Below are positions 1-10,588 of a stretch of 64,000 nucleotides of DNA, piece by piece (the stretch's first letter is position 1; each line of letters begins with the position of its first letter). Both the position numbers and the translations under genes were made by a program. Source of the stretch: Deinococcales bacterium (GTDB lineage: Bacteria > Deinococcota > Deinococci > Deinococcales > JAAFIG01); contig JANNVX010000106.1 of NCBI GenBank assembly GCA_031414595.1, positions 1 through 64,000 of the forward strand. Reading direction: 5' to 3'. The notes under the pieces are model-generated. The model saw only the letters and a list, made by a program, of their open reading frames with translations, was not told the origin of the DNA and made no database searches.

Positions 1-32
1 ACCATAAACACGCACCTGACGGGCATGGTCGC
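1..32 (-). repeat. GCGACC...GGTCAAGAA mini-element, copy A (cut by window edge)
   Basis: The reverse complement reads GCGACCATGCCCGTCAGGTGCGTGTTTATGGT, matching the copies at 53460, 62097 and 62166. It abuts GTAGGGACAG (33-42, minus strand). Confidence 0.8.
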
Positions 33-93
33 CTGTCCCTACAAAAAGGGCATAAAAATGTATTTTGTAGGGGCGAACCCCCGTGTTCGCCCT
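33..93. repeat. Back-to-back pair of GTAG-type REP-like hairpins
   Basis: CTAC at 39-42, a spacer, then GTAGGGGCGAAC-CCCCGT-GTTCGCCCT at 67-93. Same layout as 53403-53505. Confidence 0.75.
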
Positions 94-163
94 GCTTTTC
101 TGATATTCGGTTCTAGGATTTTGGACTTTTCGGAGGCTCTATGGCATAGGTCATTTTGTTGCG

Positions 164-204
164 TACCACTCGAGGCGCTGGGCGTTCTACCACTCGAGGC
201 GCTG
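164..204. repeat. 17-bp direct duplication at the 3' end of the aldo/keto reductase gene
   Basis: TACCACTCGAGGCGCTG at 164-180 and 188-204 (period 24). Confidence 0.85.
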
Positions 205-1179
205 TTTAGACCAACCACTCGAGTTCAAAAAATTCGCCACCGCACTGCCAGTTGGCACAAGCGCATCACAAGCAATTCGGAGTTCGTCGGATAAATTCAT
301 CTCGAGGACAGGCAAGTAATTTTGTAATTGTTCTACAGTGCGCGGTCCAATAATTGGTGCTGTCACACCCGCTTGGTCTTTGACCCACAGCACCGCCAAT
401 TGCACAGGGTCATAGCCATGTTCCCGAGCCAAAGCCACAAACGCATTACCGATACTAACGGCTTTTTGATTCACGCGGTCAGCGTAAATCCCGCCGCGCA
501 GCACCGCCCTAGAGTCTTTACTTGGGTTTTCGTAACGCCCTGCCAGCATTCCCATTGCCAAAGGTGACCACGGCAATATCGCCAAATTGTATTTTTGTGC
601 CATTGGCAAAAGCTCGTTTTCAATGCGTCGGTCAAGTAAATTGTACGGTGGTTGTTCTGAAACAAATTGCACCCAATTTTTGGTTTGCGCTATATGTATT
701 CCCTCGAGAATCCGCCAAGTCGGAGCGGTACTGCACCCGATATAACGCACCCAACCACGCTGTACCAAATCATTGAGTGCCGACAGGGTTTCTTCGAGTG
801 GGGTATCATCGAGTCGGTGCAACTGGTACAAATCAATATACTCTGTACCTAAGCGCTTTAGGCTGTCCTCACAGGCTTTAAGAATATGTTTTCTCGAGTT
901 TCCACGGTCATTTGCGCCAGTCCCTGTTGGGTAATGCACTTTTGTGGCAATTACTGCTTGGTCACGGCGTTTTAACTGTTTTAAGGTCTGCCCAAGAATT
1001 CGTTCGGCTTCGCCATTTTTGTAACTGTTGCTGGTGTCAAATAAATTGATTCCCGCGTCCAGTGCTACCCTAATCATTTGCGCCGACTCGAGTTCGGAAG
1101 TGGGATTGAGGAAATTATCTGTTCCCAAAGCCAGAGGAGCAATCCGAACGCCAGTACGACCAAAAGCACGGTAATTCAT
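187..1179 (-). CDS. Aldo/keto reductase
   Basis: [45 protein letters not shown] and WSPLAMG motifs. Confidence 0.93.
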   Translation of the reverse strand: MNYRAFGRTGVRIAPLALGTDNFLNPTSELESAQMIRVALDAGINLFDTSNSYKNGEAERILGQTLKQLKRRDQAVIATKVHYPTGTGANDRGNSRKHILKACEDSLKRLGTEYIDLYQLHRLDDTPLEETLSALNDLVQRGWVRYIGCSTAPTWRILEGIHIAQTKNWVQFVSEQPPYNLLDRRIENELLPMAQKYNLAILPWSPLAMGMLAGRYENPSKDSRAVLRGGIYADRVNQKAVSIGNAFVALAREHGYDPVQLAVLWVKDQAGVTAPIIGPRTVEQLQNYLPVLEMNLSDELRIACDALVPTGSAVANFLNSSGWSKQRLEW

Positions 1180-1213
1180 GGCTAAGTATACTCAATCCTA
1201 GTGAGTTATTCGG

Positions 1214-1241
1214 CTATGAGCTATGAGTTATGAGCCATGAG
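1214..1241. repeat. Heptamer tandem repeat (YYATGAG)x4
   Basis: CTATGAG CTATGAG TTATGAG CCATGAG; a related array lies at 26112. Confidence 0.8.
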
Positions 1242-1304
1242 AAAAATTGTCCTAGACGTTATACTGAAGAAAATTCAAACTGTATCTGCACATCAAAAAA
1301 TCCG

Positions 1305-1862
1305 CTAGACAGCTAAATCCTCTTGATAATTGGCATTCAAAAACAACTGGCTCGAGAAATACGGCTCGAGTTCTGCCGATTCAACAATCCGCACTGAAAG
1401 TGCATCGGTGTTCTGCCACCAAGCAGTCAATCTTAACTGCTCTCGAGACAAAGCAGCTTGTACCAACCCCAAACAATTTTTTGAATATATCGCCGCCAGA
1501 GGCTCGAGTTGCTCGTTTTTATTTTTTGGAATGACAATATCTGCTTCAAACTGCCCAAGAAACTGCCAGTAAGCAGCACTTAAATTTGGCATATCACAAG
1601 CCATGACTGCTACCCTGTCCGACAAAGCAGACTCGAGGGCTGTTGCAAGCCCGTAAAGCGCTCCCGCAAATGGTTTTTTGTCTTTTATTACTCGAGCCGA
1701 AGTTTGCACCGCCTGACCAATCACCAGCACATCTTCAAGGGAAGAAAAACTCGAGAGCGCCCACTCGAGCAAAGTCCTGCCTTGCCAGATAAATTCGGCT
1801 TTATGGCTTCCAAAACGGCTCGAACGCCCTCCAGTTAGCACAGCCCCAGACAAACCCTTCAT
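1305..1862 (-). CDS. mobA: Molybdenum cofactor guanylyltransferase
   Basis: VLTGGRSSRFGSHKA, ACDMP, EPLAAIY and FLNANY motifs. Confidence 0.88.
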   Translation of the reverse strand: MKGLSGAVLTGGRSSRFGSHKAEFIWQGRTLLEWALSSFSSLEDVLVIGQAVQTSARVIKDKKPFAGALYGLATALESALSDRVAVMACDMPNLSAAYWQFLGQFEADIVIPKNKNEQLEPLAAIYSKNCLGLVQAALSREQLRLTAWWQNTDALSVRIVESAELEPYFSSQLFLNANYQEDLAV

Positions 1863-2569
1863 TTTTTGCTAATCACAAAAGCCAGTAAGGTTGTACCAGC
1901 CGTCCAAAAAAATTGCCTGACCAAATGCGGAATTAAATTACTGTCATCCCATGCAAATAAGCTCGGCATGACCGCCACCGCCACTTGCGAAAAACTCGAG
2001 CAGGCAAAAGCAATCGAAAGACTGCGTAAAACCCGTCCGATGCTTCCGCCAGCGAAATCTTGGCTTTGCATAATGAATAAACTGGTCAAAAATAAACCTG
2101 TGGTTTGATAAACGATTCTAAGTATTGGTGGTTGAAACAAAATAATAAACAAGACAGACAGCAAAATCGCTATCGCTGCCGCAATCAGAATAATTTGCAA
2201 GGCAAAACCTTTTTTGTACATCCCTTGTCGCTCGAGCAGTAAAGGCAAAGCAAGACTGGCAAGCAAAAAAATCAGTGCGCCAAGAATACTTAAAGGTGAC
2301 TCGAGCAGAGAACCCAGCCCAGTTAGCACTGCCAAATCAGATAAGCCAATAATCAGCATCCCAATAGAAAATCCTAAAATCGTTTGTTGCCATGCTTTTG
2401 GGGTGCGGGTGGAAATTAAGTAAAGTAAATAGACTGCTAGAAAATCGGTGGTGATTGTACCCAGTAAAAGTATCATGCGCTGGTCAGTGATTGCCCCAAC
2501 GAACAGGAAACCCCAAGTTACTAAAATAAAAATCCATTGCAACGGCGGAACTGTCCGAACAATTTGCAT
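1859..2569 (-). CDS. Hypothetical multi-pass membrane protein
   Basis: About 7-8 hydrophobic segments. Its stop overlaps the mobA start, and a TAGTAT box precedes the ATG. Confidence 0.75.
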   Translation of the reverse strand: MQIVRTVPPLQWIFILVTWGFLFVGAITDQRMILLLGTITTDFLAVYLLYLISTRTPKAWQQTILGFSIGMLIIGLSDLAVLTGLGSLLESPLSILGALIFLLASLALPLLLERQGMYKKGFALQIILIAAAIAILLSVLFIILFQPPILRIVYQTTGLFLTSLFIMQSQDFAGGSIGRVLRSLSIAFACSSFSQVAVAVMPSLFAWDDSNLIPHLVRQFFWTAGTTLLAFVISKK

Positions 2570-2603
2570 ACTTTAGATACTAACAAAATGATAAACTAAA
2601 GAT

Positions 2604-3551
2604 GTGGCACTGGCTTTGGTTGGCAATGCGTTTTTGATTCACGAAGCGGCAAGGGCTTATTTGCTTAAGCGCCAAATTTCGCTTCGGGATGTGCCTTGGT
2701 TGGACGAGGAATTAAACGAAATCATTGTCTCGCCGCATTTACAAGGTGGTTTATTTGGGGCTGCCAATCTGGTCTTGGACTTGGGCAACACCAAAGACTA
2801 CAAAAGTATCACTGACCTCGTTGCCACCGCCCCAGATGCTGTTGTGGTGCTGTTAGACCCTGAAAACTGGACGAGTTCTGAATCCAGTGCTGAGGTCATG
2901 CGAAAGAAAAAAGCCCAAGAAGCCAGAGCCAAGCATTACGAAAAACTTGGTTTTGAACTGCTCGCCTTAGCCACCCCAACCAAAGGGGGATTGATTGCAT
3001 GGGTGACAGACCGCGCTAAAAAAATGAAACTAGCCCTCGAGAAAGACGTACCTAAATTACTGGCGGATACTTTCCCAGACGAACTTGCCAGTATTGCCAG
3101 TGAACTCGAGAAACTGAGTTTGCTGGATGTTAAACTAGACCTTGCGACCGTCACAAAAGTGGTCAACGCGGTTCAACCCACCACGATGTTTGTGGTGACT
3201 GATGCGCTTGTGGCACGTAAACCCAAAGAAGCATGGGAACACTTAGAACGTCTACTGAACACAGGCGAAGATGCCTTTAAGCTGCTTGGCGCACTCCAAG
3301 GGCATTATGGGTTACTGGCAAGGGCTTACGCCCTGAAAGCCCGCGATGGCGTGGTCAATGCAAAAGAAGCCGCCAAGACTTTAGCGGTTCATGAATTTCG
3401 CGCCCAGAAAGCCCTAGAAGCCACACGGCGTTATAAAGAAAGTACAGTGCGCCGCGAACAAAAGCTATTGCTTGAAGCCGATGCGGGTATGAAAAGCGGA
3501 CTCGAGCCACGGCTGACCTTAGAGCGCCTAATTCTCGAGTTGTGCGTGTAG
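2604..3551 (+). CDS. holA: DNA polymerase III delta subunit
   Basis: ASELEKLSLL, LLEADAGMKSG and LERLIL motifs; size is typical of HolA. Confidence 0.85.
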   Translation: MALALVGNAFLIHEAARAYLLKRQISLRDVPWLDEELNEIIVSPHLQGGLFGAANLVLDLGNTKDYKSITDLVATAPDAVVVLLDPENWTSSESSAEVMRKKKAQEARAKHYEKLGFELLALATPTKGGLIAWVTDRAKKMKLALEKDVPKLLADTFPDELASIASELEKLSLLDVKLDLATVTKVVNAVQPTTMFVVTDALVARKPKEAWEHLERLLNTGEDAFKLLGALQGHYGLLARAYALKARDGVVNAKEAAKTLAVHEFRAQKALEATRRYKESTVRREQKLLLEADAGMKSGLEPRLTLERLILELCV

Positions 3552-3652
3552 AAGTTTTACAGCTAACCTTGGTATTTGCCTCGAGCCACACAACAGGCGA
3601 ATAGTTACAGATTAAACACTTTTGGCAAGTAGAGACTGTGCTAAAGTCTTTT

Positions 3653-4705
3653 ATGCTTGAACAACTCAGACAAAAACTAGCTCACCTCGAGTTAGATGGC
3701 ATTTGGATTGCTAAACCCGAAAATATCCGTTACTTATCTGGCTTCACTACCCCAAAAGATGCCAAGTTACTGGTCACACAAACCCAAGTGCAACTCTATA
3801 CCGACCCGCGTTACACCGTCCAAGCCAAAGCAGAATCGCTTGTCCCCTTTCATATTGCCCGTTTTGAAGCGGTCTATGAACATGCCAAGCAATTTACGGC
3901 TGGTAAAAAAATTGGTTTTGAAGCCGATGCAGTGCTGTACTCGAGTTATGAAGCCTTGTCCGAACACCTTGGCGCAAACTTACAAAGTGTGATTGATGTC
4001 ATCGAACCAATGCGGGTTAGTAAAAATCTCGAGGAAATCAGTCATATCCGCCAAGCCGCTCAGATTGCTGATCAAGCCCTAAACACCATGCTGCCCAAAT
4101 TAAAGGCTGGCATAACTGAACGAGACTTTGCCCTCGAGCTAGAATTTGAAATGCGAAGACACGGTGCGGACAGTGCCGCCTTTGAAATCATCGTTGCCAG
4201 TGGCGAACGCAGCGCCATGCCACACGGCACAGCCAGTTCTCGAGCCATGCAGAATGGGGATTTGGTGACCATAGATTGGGGCGCAGCCCTAAATGGCTAC
4301 CATTCGGACTGTACCAGAGCCTACCCAATTGGCGAAATATCAGACCAGTTAAAACAGATGTATAACGCGGTACTCGAGGCGAACTTACTGGCAATTAGTC
4401 ATGTTAAAGCAGGCGTAGGTTGCAAAGAACTCGATACCATTGCCCGTGATTACTTAAAAACCCAAGGGTACGACGAAGCCTTTGCCCACAGCCTTGGGCA
4501 TGGGGTCGGGCTTGCGATTCACGAAGCCCCAACCTTATCGCAACGTGCCGAAGACACTGCGGTTCTCGAGGTTGGCACAATTGTGACGATTGAACCGGGC
4601 GTGTATCTCGAGGGCATCGGTGGGGTGCGAATCGAAGATTTGCTGTTGGTCACCCAAAGTGGTTGCGAAATCTTGACCCAGTTGCCTAAGACTGTAATGC
4701 TCTAA
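3653..4705 (+). CDS. Xaa-Pro aminopeptidase (M24 family)
   Basis: NIRYLSGF, HSDCTR, HSLGHGVGLAIHE, TIEPG and GVRIED motifs. Start is either ATG 3653 or GTG 3638. Confidence 0.93.
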   Translation: MLEQLRQKLAHLELDGIWIAKPENIRYLSGFTTPKDAKLLVTQTQVQLYTDPRYTVQAKAESLVPFHIARFEAVYEHAKQFTAGKKIGFEADAVLYSSYEALSEHLGANLQSVIDVIEPMRVSKNLEEISHIRQAAQIADQALNTMLPKLKAGITERDFALELEFEMRRHGADSAAFEIIVASGERSAMPHGTASSRAMQNGDLVTIDWGAALNGYHSDCTRAYPIGEISDQLKQMYNAVLEANLLAISHVKAGVGCKELDTIARDYLKTQGYDEAFAHSLGHGVGLAIHEAPTLSQRAEDTAVLEVGTIVTIEPGVYLEGIGGVRIEDLLLVTQSGCEILTQLPKTVML

Positions 4706-4777
4706 GCGGTTTTGTGATTGCACCCCGAGGCGTATTTACGGCTGTTCAAGTTGGCTTTCTCGAGCTACAATAAGCAC

Positions 4778-5131
4778 ATGGCATCAAAAACCCCTAAAAA
4801 TGTGGATGTGGATATTAACAAAGACGTAATCACTGGAATTGCCAGCATTGCCCTCGAGGGTGTGCAAGGTGTTGTGCCAGTCTCACCGCCGTTACAACTG
4901 GGCGAGTTTTTCAATGGCAAGCGCTTAAAAGGCATTAACGTCTCGAGGGATGGCAGTAATGTGACCGTGGATTTAAGTGTCAATGTGGATTACGGCAGGG
5001 TCATCCCCGATGTGGCAAAAGAAGTGCAACGCACGGTTGCCGAAAACATTGAAGTCATGACTGGTTTAAGTGTGCAGAGTGTCAATGTGACCGTACAAGG
5101 TGTGGTATTGCCTTTGGTTGCCAATGTCTGA
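4778..5131 (+). CDS. Asp23/Gls24 family protein
   Basis: VDLSVNVDYG..IPDVAKEVQ..V...IEVMTGL.V..VNV.V signature; conserved synteny with nusB-folD. Confidence 0.9.
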   Translation: MASKTPKNVDVDINKDVITGIASIALEGVQGVVPVSPPLQLGEFFNGKRLKGINVSRDGSNVTVDLSVNVDYGRVIPDVAKEVQRTVAENIEVMTGLSVQSVNVTVQGVVLPLVANV

Positions 5132-5696
5132 ACCGCTTATCCTGAATGGCAGTAATAAAGCCAGAGAACTTGCTTTTCGGGTCTTATTCTCGAGCGAACA
5201 AGGTAAACACAGCATCAACCAAGCATGGGTCGAAGCCAAACTCGATTTACAACACGCCCTAGATGATGCCCTAGACCCAGAAACCGAAGAAGGAATGCTC
5301 GAAGCCAGCGCGGAAAGCCTCAATCCCGAAGCCATCGCCTTTGCCCATCGTTTGCTTTTGGGTTACGACGAACACCGCGACCATGTGGATCAAAGTTTGC
5401 AACGGGTGATTGAAGGTTGGACGTTTAGCCAAATGAGCCAAACCGACCTCGCGATTTTGCGCCTCGCCAGTTTTGAAATCTTGCACTTGGCAACCCCAGC
5501 CGCCGTCGCCATCGAAATTGCGGTGCGCCTAGCCAAACGTTACGGTGGCGACGACTCGAGCAAATTTGTCAATGGTGTGCTGGCGAAACTGCTTGACCAA
5601 GAAGCCCCAGCCGAAAAACGTGAAAAACGCGGACGGAAACAGGAGAAGAGGATAAAAGGCGAAAGGCAAAGGGCGAAGGGCGAAGGTGCTTCGTGA
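5124..5696 (+). CDS. nusB: Transcription antitermination factor NusB
   Basis: ARELAFRVLF, DLAILRLA, AVRLAKRYG and FVNGVLAKL motifs. Confidence 0.93.
   Translation: MSEPLILNGSNKARELAFRVLFSSEQGKHSINQAWVEAKLDLQHALDDALDPETEEGMLEASAESLNPEAIAFAHRLLLGYDEHRDHVDQSLQRVIEGWTFSQMSQTDLAILRLASFEILHLATPAAVAIEIAVRLAKRYGGDDSSKFVNGVLAKLLDQEAPAEKREKRGRKQEKRIKGERQRAKGEGAS
5655..5689. repeat. Heptamer tandem repeat (AARGGCR-like)x5 inside the nusB 3' end
   Basis: AAAGGCG AAAGGCA AAGGGCG AAGGGCG AAGGTGC. Confidence 0.7.
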
Positions 5697-6559
5697 CTCA
5701 AACACTTATTTTAGATGGCAATGTGGCGGCTGCCGCCCTGCTCGAGAAAGCCAAGTCAGAAATGGCGTTGTTATCGGTGATTCCTCATTTGCATGTGATT
5801 CGGATTGGCGATGACCCCGCCAGTGTTTCTTATACACGCTTAAAGGCACGTCGGGCTAAAAAAATTGGCATGGACAGCACTTTGACCGAATTACCAGCCG
5901 AAACATCAGAAAGCACCTTACTCGAGTTGATTCAAACCCTGAATGCCGACTCCAAGACCCACGGAATTTTGGTGCAGTTACCTTTCCCTAAAAACTCGAG
6001 CATCCGCGAGACTGTGGTTTTGGGGGCGATTGACCCTAATAAAGATGTAGACGGGCTGCATGTGGTCAACACTGGGCGGCTTTGGGCTGGACAAGTCGGC
6101 TTACGAAGTTGCACCCCAGCCGGCATTATCTCGATGCTCGACCATTACGGGGTTGCACTCGAGGGCAAGCGCGTGGTGATTATCAACCGTTCGCAACTGG
6201 TCGGTAAGCCGTTAGCTGCCATGTGCTTAGAGCGTAATGCGACTGTCACCATTGCCCACTCGAGAACCAAGGATTTAGCGGCGGTGGCACGCGAAGCTGA
6301 TGTGCTGGTGACGGCGGTCGGACGGGTTAATTTTATCACCCCAGAATTTGTGCAAACGGGCGCAGTGGTGATAGATGTCAGTGTCAACCGTATTTTTGTG
6401 GACGGAGAAGAAAAATTAGTTGGCGATTGTACTCCCGAAGTTGCTGCTGTCTCGAGTGCGATTACCCCTGTGCCGGGTGGGGTTGGACCCATGACGGTTT
6501 CGCATTTGTTGTACAACACGGTTTTGGCTGCCAAAATGCAGTCTGAAAACCAAGGCTAA
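5693..6559 (+). CDS. folD: Bifunctional methylene-THF dehydrogenase/cyclohydrolase
   Basis: HGILVQLP, KDVDG, CTPAG, VGKP and TPVPGGVGPMT motifs. Confidence 0.96.
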   Translation: MTQTLILDGNVAAAALLEKAKSEMALLSVIPHLHVIRIGDDPASVSYTRLKARRAKKIGMDSTLTELPAETSESTLLELIQTLNADSKTHGILVQLPFPKNSSIRETVVLGAIDPNKDVDGLHVVNTGRLWAGQVGLRSCTPAGIISMLDHYGVALEGKRVVIINRSQLVGKPLAAMCLERNATVTIAHSRTKDLAAVAREADVLVTAVGRVNFITPEFVQTGAVVIDVSVNRIFVDGEEKLVGDCTPEVAAVSSAITPVPGGVGPMTVSHLLYNTVLAAKMQSENQG

Positions 6560-6570
6560 ACTGATTTTTT

Positions 6571-6607
6571 CCATGAAATTCCCGTATGTCATGCGGGAAT
6601 TTCATGG
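6571..6607. terminator. Long hairpin after folD
   Basis: Inverted repeat CCATGAAATTCCCG ... CGGGAATTTCATGG. Confidence 0.6.
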
Positions 6608-6659
6608 TTATTTGTTTTCTCGAGCGAAAAGCCGCCCTTTCTCGAGGTAGAATTGCTGT

Positions 6660-8012
6660 ATGAATCCAACTTGGGATACCGAACGGCTTTTGGCTCTGGA
6701 CTTAGCACATATTTTGCATCCAGTCACGAATTTGCATCGCCACGCCAAAACTGGAGCTTTGATTTTAACCAAAGGCGAAGGGACAAGGGTTTGGGACAGC
6801 ACAGGAAAATCCTACCTTGATGGTTTTGCCGGACTCTGGAATATCAACGTTGGACACGGACGCAGTGTGCTTGCCGAGGCAGCCAAAACCCAGATGAACA
6901 GCTTGGCTTTTGCGCCAAATTTCTTTGGTTTAGCCACCCCACCCAGTATTGAATTGGCAGCTAAACTGGCGCAAATCGTACCGGGCAGTATCAATCATTT
7001 TCAGTTCACCTCGGGCGGCTCAGAAAGCAACGAAACAGCGATTAAAATTGCTCGGTATTTCTGGGCAATTCAAGGACAAAGCCCAAAAATCAAAATTATC
7101 TCGAGACACAATGCCTACCACGGGATTGGTGGCTTAACCACAACCGCCACAGGTATGCCAGCCTACTGGAAAGATTTTGGTCCACCTGCGGCTGGTTTTT
7201 TGCACGTCAGTAGTCCAAATTTTTATCGCAGCAACCCAAATAATCTGGGGGCTGATGCTTTTATTGTCAGTCTCGAAGCCGAACTCGAGGAGACGATTCT
7301 TAAAGAAGGCGCAGACACGATTGCCGCATTCTTGGGTGAACCGACCCAAGGGGCAGGTGGGGTTTGCCCTGCGCCAGACGGCTACTGGCAGATGATTCGT
7401 AAGGTTTGCGATAAGCACCAGATTTTGCTGATTGCTGATGAGGTGATTACCGGTTTTGGGCGTTCAGGCAAGATGTTCGGCATAGAGACTTACAATTTTG
7501 CCCCAGATATTCTTTGTGTGGCTAAAGGCATCACCAGTGGCTATATTCCACTTGGGGCAGTTGGTGTGAGCGACGCGATTTATTCAGAAATGATTAAACC
7601 AGACCGAATGTTTATGCACGGCTTTACTTACTCGGGGCATCCAGTGGCGTGTGCTGTGGCGCTCGAGAACATTAAAATTCTCGAGACGGAAAATTTGTCC
7701 GAAAATGCTCGAGTGCGTGGCTTAGAACTGCTTGAACAGATGCAAAGTGTGCTGGCGCATCCAAACGTTGGCGATGTTCGCGCCAAGGGTCTGATGATGT
7801 TGATTGAAGTGGTGCAAGATAAGGTGAGTAAAGCTGCTTACCCACCATTATCCATCGGTGGCAAACTCCAAGCAGCTACAAGAAAACGCGGTTTGATTGT
7901 GCGTTGTGGTGATAATGGTATTGCCATTGCGCCACCTTTGACCATTTCAAAAGCCGAAATCTCAGAGATTGTTGGGATTGTGACCGAGAGCTTAGATGAA
8001 GCCTTTGCCTAA
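6660..8012 (+). CDS. Class III PLP-dependent aminotransferase (omega-transaminase-like)
   Basis: GLWNINVGHG, SGGSESNE, AYHG, IADEVITGFGRSG, AKGITSGY and HGFTYSGHP motifs. Confidence 0.93.
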   Translation: MNPTWDTERLLALDLAHILHPVTNLHRHAKTGALILTKGEGTRVWDSTGKSYLDGFAGLWNINVGHGRSVLAEAAKTQMNSLAFAPNFFGLATPPSIELAAKLAQIVPGSINHFQFTSGGSESNETAIKIARYFWAIQGQSPKIKIISRHNAYHGIGGLTTTATGMPAYWKDFGPPAAGFLHVSSPNFYRSNPNNLGADAFIVSLEAELEETILKEGADTIAAFLGEPTQGAGGVCPAPDGYWQMIRKVCDKHQILLIADEVITGFGRSGKMFGIETYNFAPDILCVAKGITSGYIPLGAVGVSDAIYSEMIKPDRMFMHGFTYSGHPVACAVALENIKILETENLSENARVRGLELLEQMQSVLAHPNVGDVRAKGLMMLIEVVQDKVSKAAYPPLSIGGKLQAATRKRGLIVRCGDNGIAIAPPLTISKAEISEIVGIVTESLDEAFA

Positions 8013-8872
8013 ATTTCTAAGCGCTCCTTGATTTGGGGGAGCATGGCATTGGTGCGAGCAAAACCGGCTTCAAAAAGGGCTTGGGATTGTCCATATTCAA
8101 ATGCGCCTCCGGGTAAATCACCGAGCGGTAAAATCAAATCCGCCCTACTCAAGCTGGTACGGCGTAAGGCATCCCTCGAGATATGAGCGCTTCGCAAAAT
8201 CACATCCAGCGCGGTTTTAGGGGCAATGGCTGGGGTGCTTTCGTCACCAACATCGACTGCCATGACCACGGCTTGGGGGGCAATTTCTCGAGCCACACTG
8301 ACCGGCACATTCTCGAGGACATGACCATCCACCAAGAAGCGTCCAGCAATTTGCACTGGGGCAAAGACCCCCGGAATGGCACTCGAGGCAAGGGCAGCTT
8401 CAAGCATCGAACCCTCACGCAGAATCACCCGCTCGCCAGTCATGATGTCCACCGCTAAAAAAGCCATTGGAATCGGCGAATCTTCAAACCGCGCCCCACC
8501 AATCAAGGCAATTAAACTAGAACGAAGCGGTTCGGCACTGACCAAACCAGCCCCAAAAACTCCGCCACGAATCACTTTTTCCCAGCCAGCTACAGTTTTA
8601 CTAAAAGCATCGAGTGGATTTGGATTTTTAGGCGGATGAAATAAATACTCGAGTTCGGCGTAGCCCAAACGCCCAATCTGCTCAAGTTTTTGAAAGGTCT
8701 GATTTCGCGCTTCTGGTGCGGCTCGAGTAAACAGCATCGCCGCAATTGCACCGCTTGATGTTCCAGCGATTGCCACAACTGGAATTTGGGCTTGTTCGAG
8801 GGCTAGAAGCACCCCAAGATGAGCGCAACCGCGAACACCACCGCCAGATAAAGCAAGAGCCAAGGCTTTCAT
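8009..8872 (-). CDS. Patatin-like phospholipase
   Basis: LSGGGVRG, GTSSG nucleophile elbow, ASSAIPG and VDG motifs. Confidence 0.9.
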   Translation of the reverse strand: MKALALALSGGGVRGCAHLGVLLALEQAQIPVVAIAGTSSGAIAAMLFTRAAPEARNQTFQKLEQIGRLGYAELEYLFHPPKNPNPLDAFSKTVAGWEKVIRGGVFGAGLVSAEPLRSSLIALIGGARFEDSPIPMAFLAVDIMTGERVILREGSMLEAALASSAIPGVFAPVQIAGRFLVDGHVLENVPVSVAREIAPQAVVMAVDVGDESTPAIAPKTALDVILRSAHISRDALRRTSLSRADLILPLGDLPGGAFEYGQSQALFEAGFARTNAMLPQIKERLEI

Positions 8873-8919
8873 AGCTCACGGTAACACCTTATGGTGATTC
8901 GTGTGTAGAATGCTAGGCG

Positions 8920-10521
8920 ATGAAGTGGTTTGTTCAATTTTTAACATTGATTGCTTTGGTTCTTGCCAGCAGCGCAAGCGCCCAACTAATCAATACGCAA
9001 CGTGTCGCACAACGCAATTTTGCCGATTGCCAAAAGTTCTTTTTGCAGCTTAGCGACCCCATTACCGCCGAAAGTCAGTGCCGAAGCGCGGTACAGTACG
9101 ACCCAGAGACCGCCGCTTATCACCGTTTGTTTGCTCGAGTGCTTTTAGAACTTGGTAAATACCCAGAAAGCAGCAGCAGCCTTGGTAATGCCCGAGCTAA
9201 AGGGACTATCGCCGAGGATGACGCTATCGAAGCTGAAATTGCCTACCGACAAAATAATTGGGAAGCCACGATTGCCTCAGCTTCTCGAGTCACCATTGCG
9301 CCAGCCGATGTCAAACTGCGAGCCTACAAGGTACTGGGTTTAGCCCAAAAGCGCCTATCGCGTTTTGATGAAGCCTTAGCAACCTTTAAGCAAGCGGTGC
9401 AACTGATTCCTAGTGATGTGCTTTCGCGCCGAGAACTCGCCGATTTATACCTTAAAAACGAACCGCGTCGGGCTTTGGCGGTCTTGACTGAAGCCCCGAT
9501 TAAACCTGTGCCATTACTCGCCGATTTAGGGCGTGTACAGTGGATTACAGGTGACTTAAAAAATGCAATTCGTACCCTCGAGTCGGTGGCTTCTAAACCC
9601 AAAGCCTTTAATGCCCAAGAACGCACCACTTATCAAAAAGCCCTTGGCGCGTTGGCATACGCTTATTTTGGTCAGGGACGCTTTGCCGATGGTCAACAAG
9701 TCATGAATCAAATGGATTCAGGAGGCAATTGGTTTGGTTTATTTATTTCGCGCACTTTACCGTGGCTGATGGGTATTGTGCTGCTTTTAGTGCTGCATCT
9801 GATTGGTGAATCCCGAATTGAGCCGTTATCCACTATCGAAATCCTAGATGGTCCACGTCCTTGGTCGGTTGGCACAGCCTATGCTTGGTTAATCATCAGT
9901 ATTTTAGCAGGCGGGATTGCTGCGCTTTTTGTGGGCAACCTGATGTTTGGTAATTTCTTTGCGATTCTTACGCCCTATCAATCTGGGGTTGCGACCGATA
10001 CATTCTTAATTGTCATGACCCTGACGATGTTGCTGCTCAGTTTCCAAACCGCCAAAACCAACGAATGGAAACTTAATCAAGTGCTGTTTGGTAAAGCCAG
10101 CCCCGAAAGCATGGCAGAAGGGATTGCGGCTGGTTTATTGCTGGTTGGGCTGGCAGTAGGCTACCAATTTGGGATTCGGCAACTTGGTGGTTCTGGCTTT
10201 TTTACCGATGTCTTAAATTGGCGTGTCTCGCTGATACTTTTGGTTTTAATTGTACCGCTCTCAGAGGTTTTCTTTCGGGCATTTGCTTTATTCCCACTCG
10301 AGAAACGGTACGGCACCGTTATCGGCTCGAGTATTGCGGTGACGCTTTTTGCCCTGTGTTTTGTTGCCCCAATGCCGCTTTTATTGCTGCATGGCGGAGT
10401 TCTGGTTTTTGTGGCAGTTCGAGCCAAAAGCACTGTACCCACCATGCTCGCCCAAGGGATTTTTCTGGTTGGCTTACTGACTTGCCTTGCCTTGATACCA
10501 GCCATTCGCAATTGGTTCTAA
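8920..10521 (+). CDS. Signal peptide + TPR repeats + C-terminal CPBP/CAAX-protease-like membrane domain
   Basis: N-terminal signal (ASASA), TPR-like helices, then about 8-9 TM segments with a degenerate LSEVFFR motif. Confidence 0.75.
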   Translation: MKWFVQFLTLIALVLASSASAQLINTQRVAQRNFADCQKFFLQLSDPITAESQCRSAVQYDPETAAYHRLFARVLLELGKYPESSSSLGNARAKGTIAEDDAIEAEIAYRQNNWEATIASASRVTIAPADVKLRAYKVLGLAQKRLSRFDEALATFKQAVQLIPSDVLSRRELADLYLKNEPRRALAVLTEAPIKPVPLLADLGRVQWITGDLKNAIRTLESVASKPKAFNAQERTTYQKALGALAYAYFGQGRFADGQQVMNQMDSGGNWFGLFISRTLPWLMGIVLLLVLHLIGESRIEPLSTIEILDGPRPWSVGTAYAWLIISILAGGIAALFVGNLMFGNFFAILTPYQSGVATDTFLIVMTLTMLLLSFQTAKTNEWKLNQVLFGKASPESMAEGIAAGLLLVGLAVGYQFGIRQLGGSGFFTDVLNWRVSLILLVLIVPLSEVFFRAFALFPLEKRYGTVIGSSIAVTLFALCFVAPMPLLLLHGGVLVFVAVRAKSTVPTMLAQGIFLVGLLTCLALIPAIRNWF

Positions 10522-10588
10522 ATCCCGAATCCGTCAAACAGTCGGGAAACCAACATTTGAATTGTAAAATTGCAGTACACTGCATGAT

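Noticed and set aside
8920-10521. CPBP (Abi) domain as an abortive-infection gene
   Set aside because: The Abi name for this family does not imply phage defence, and the context is cell-envelope related.
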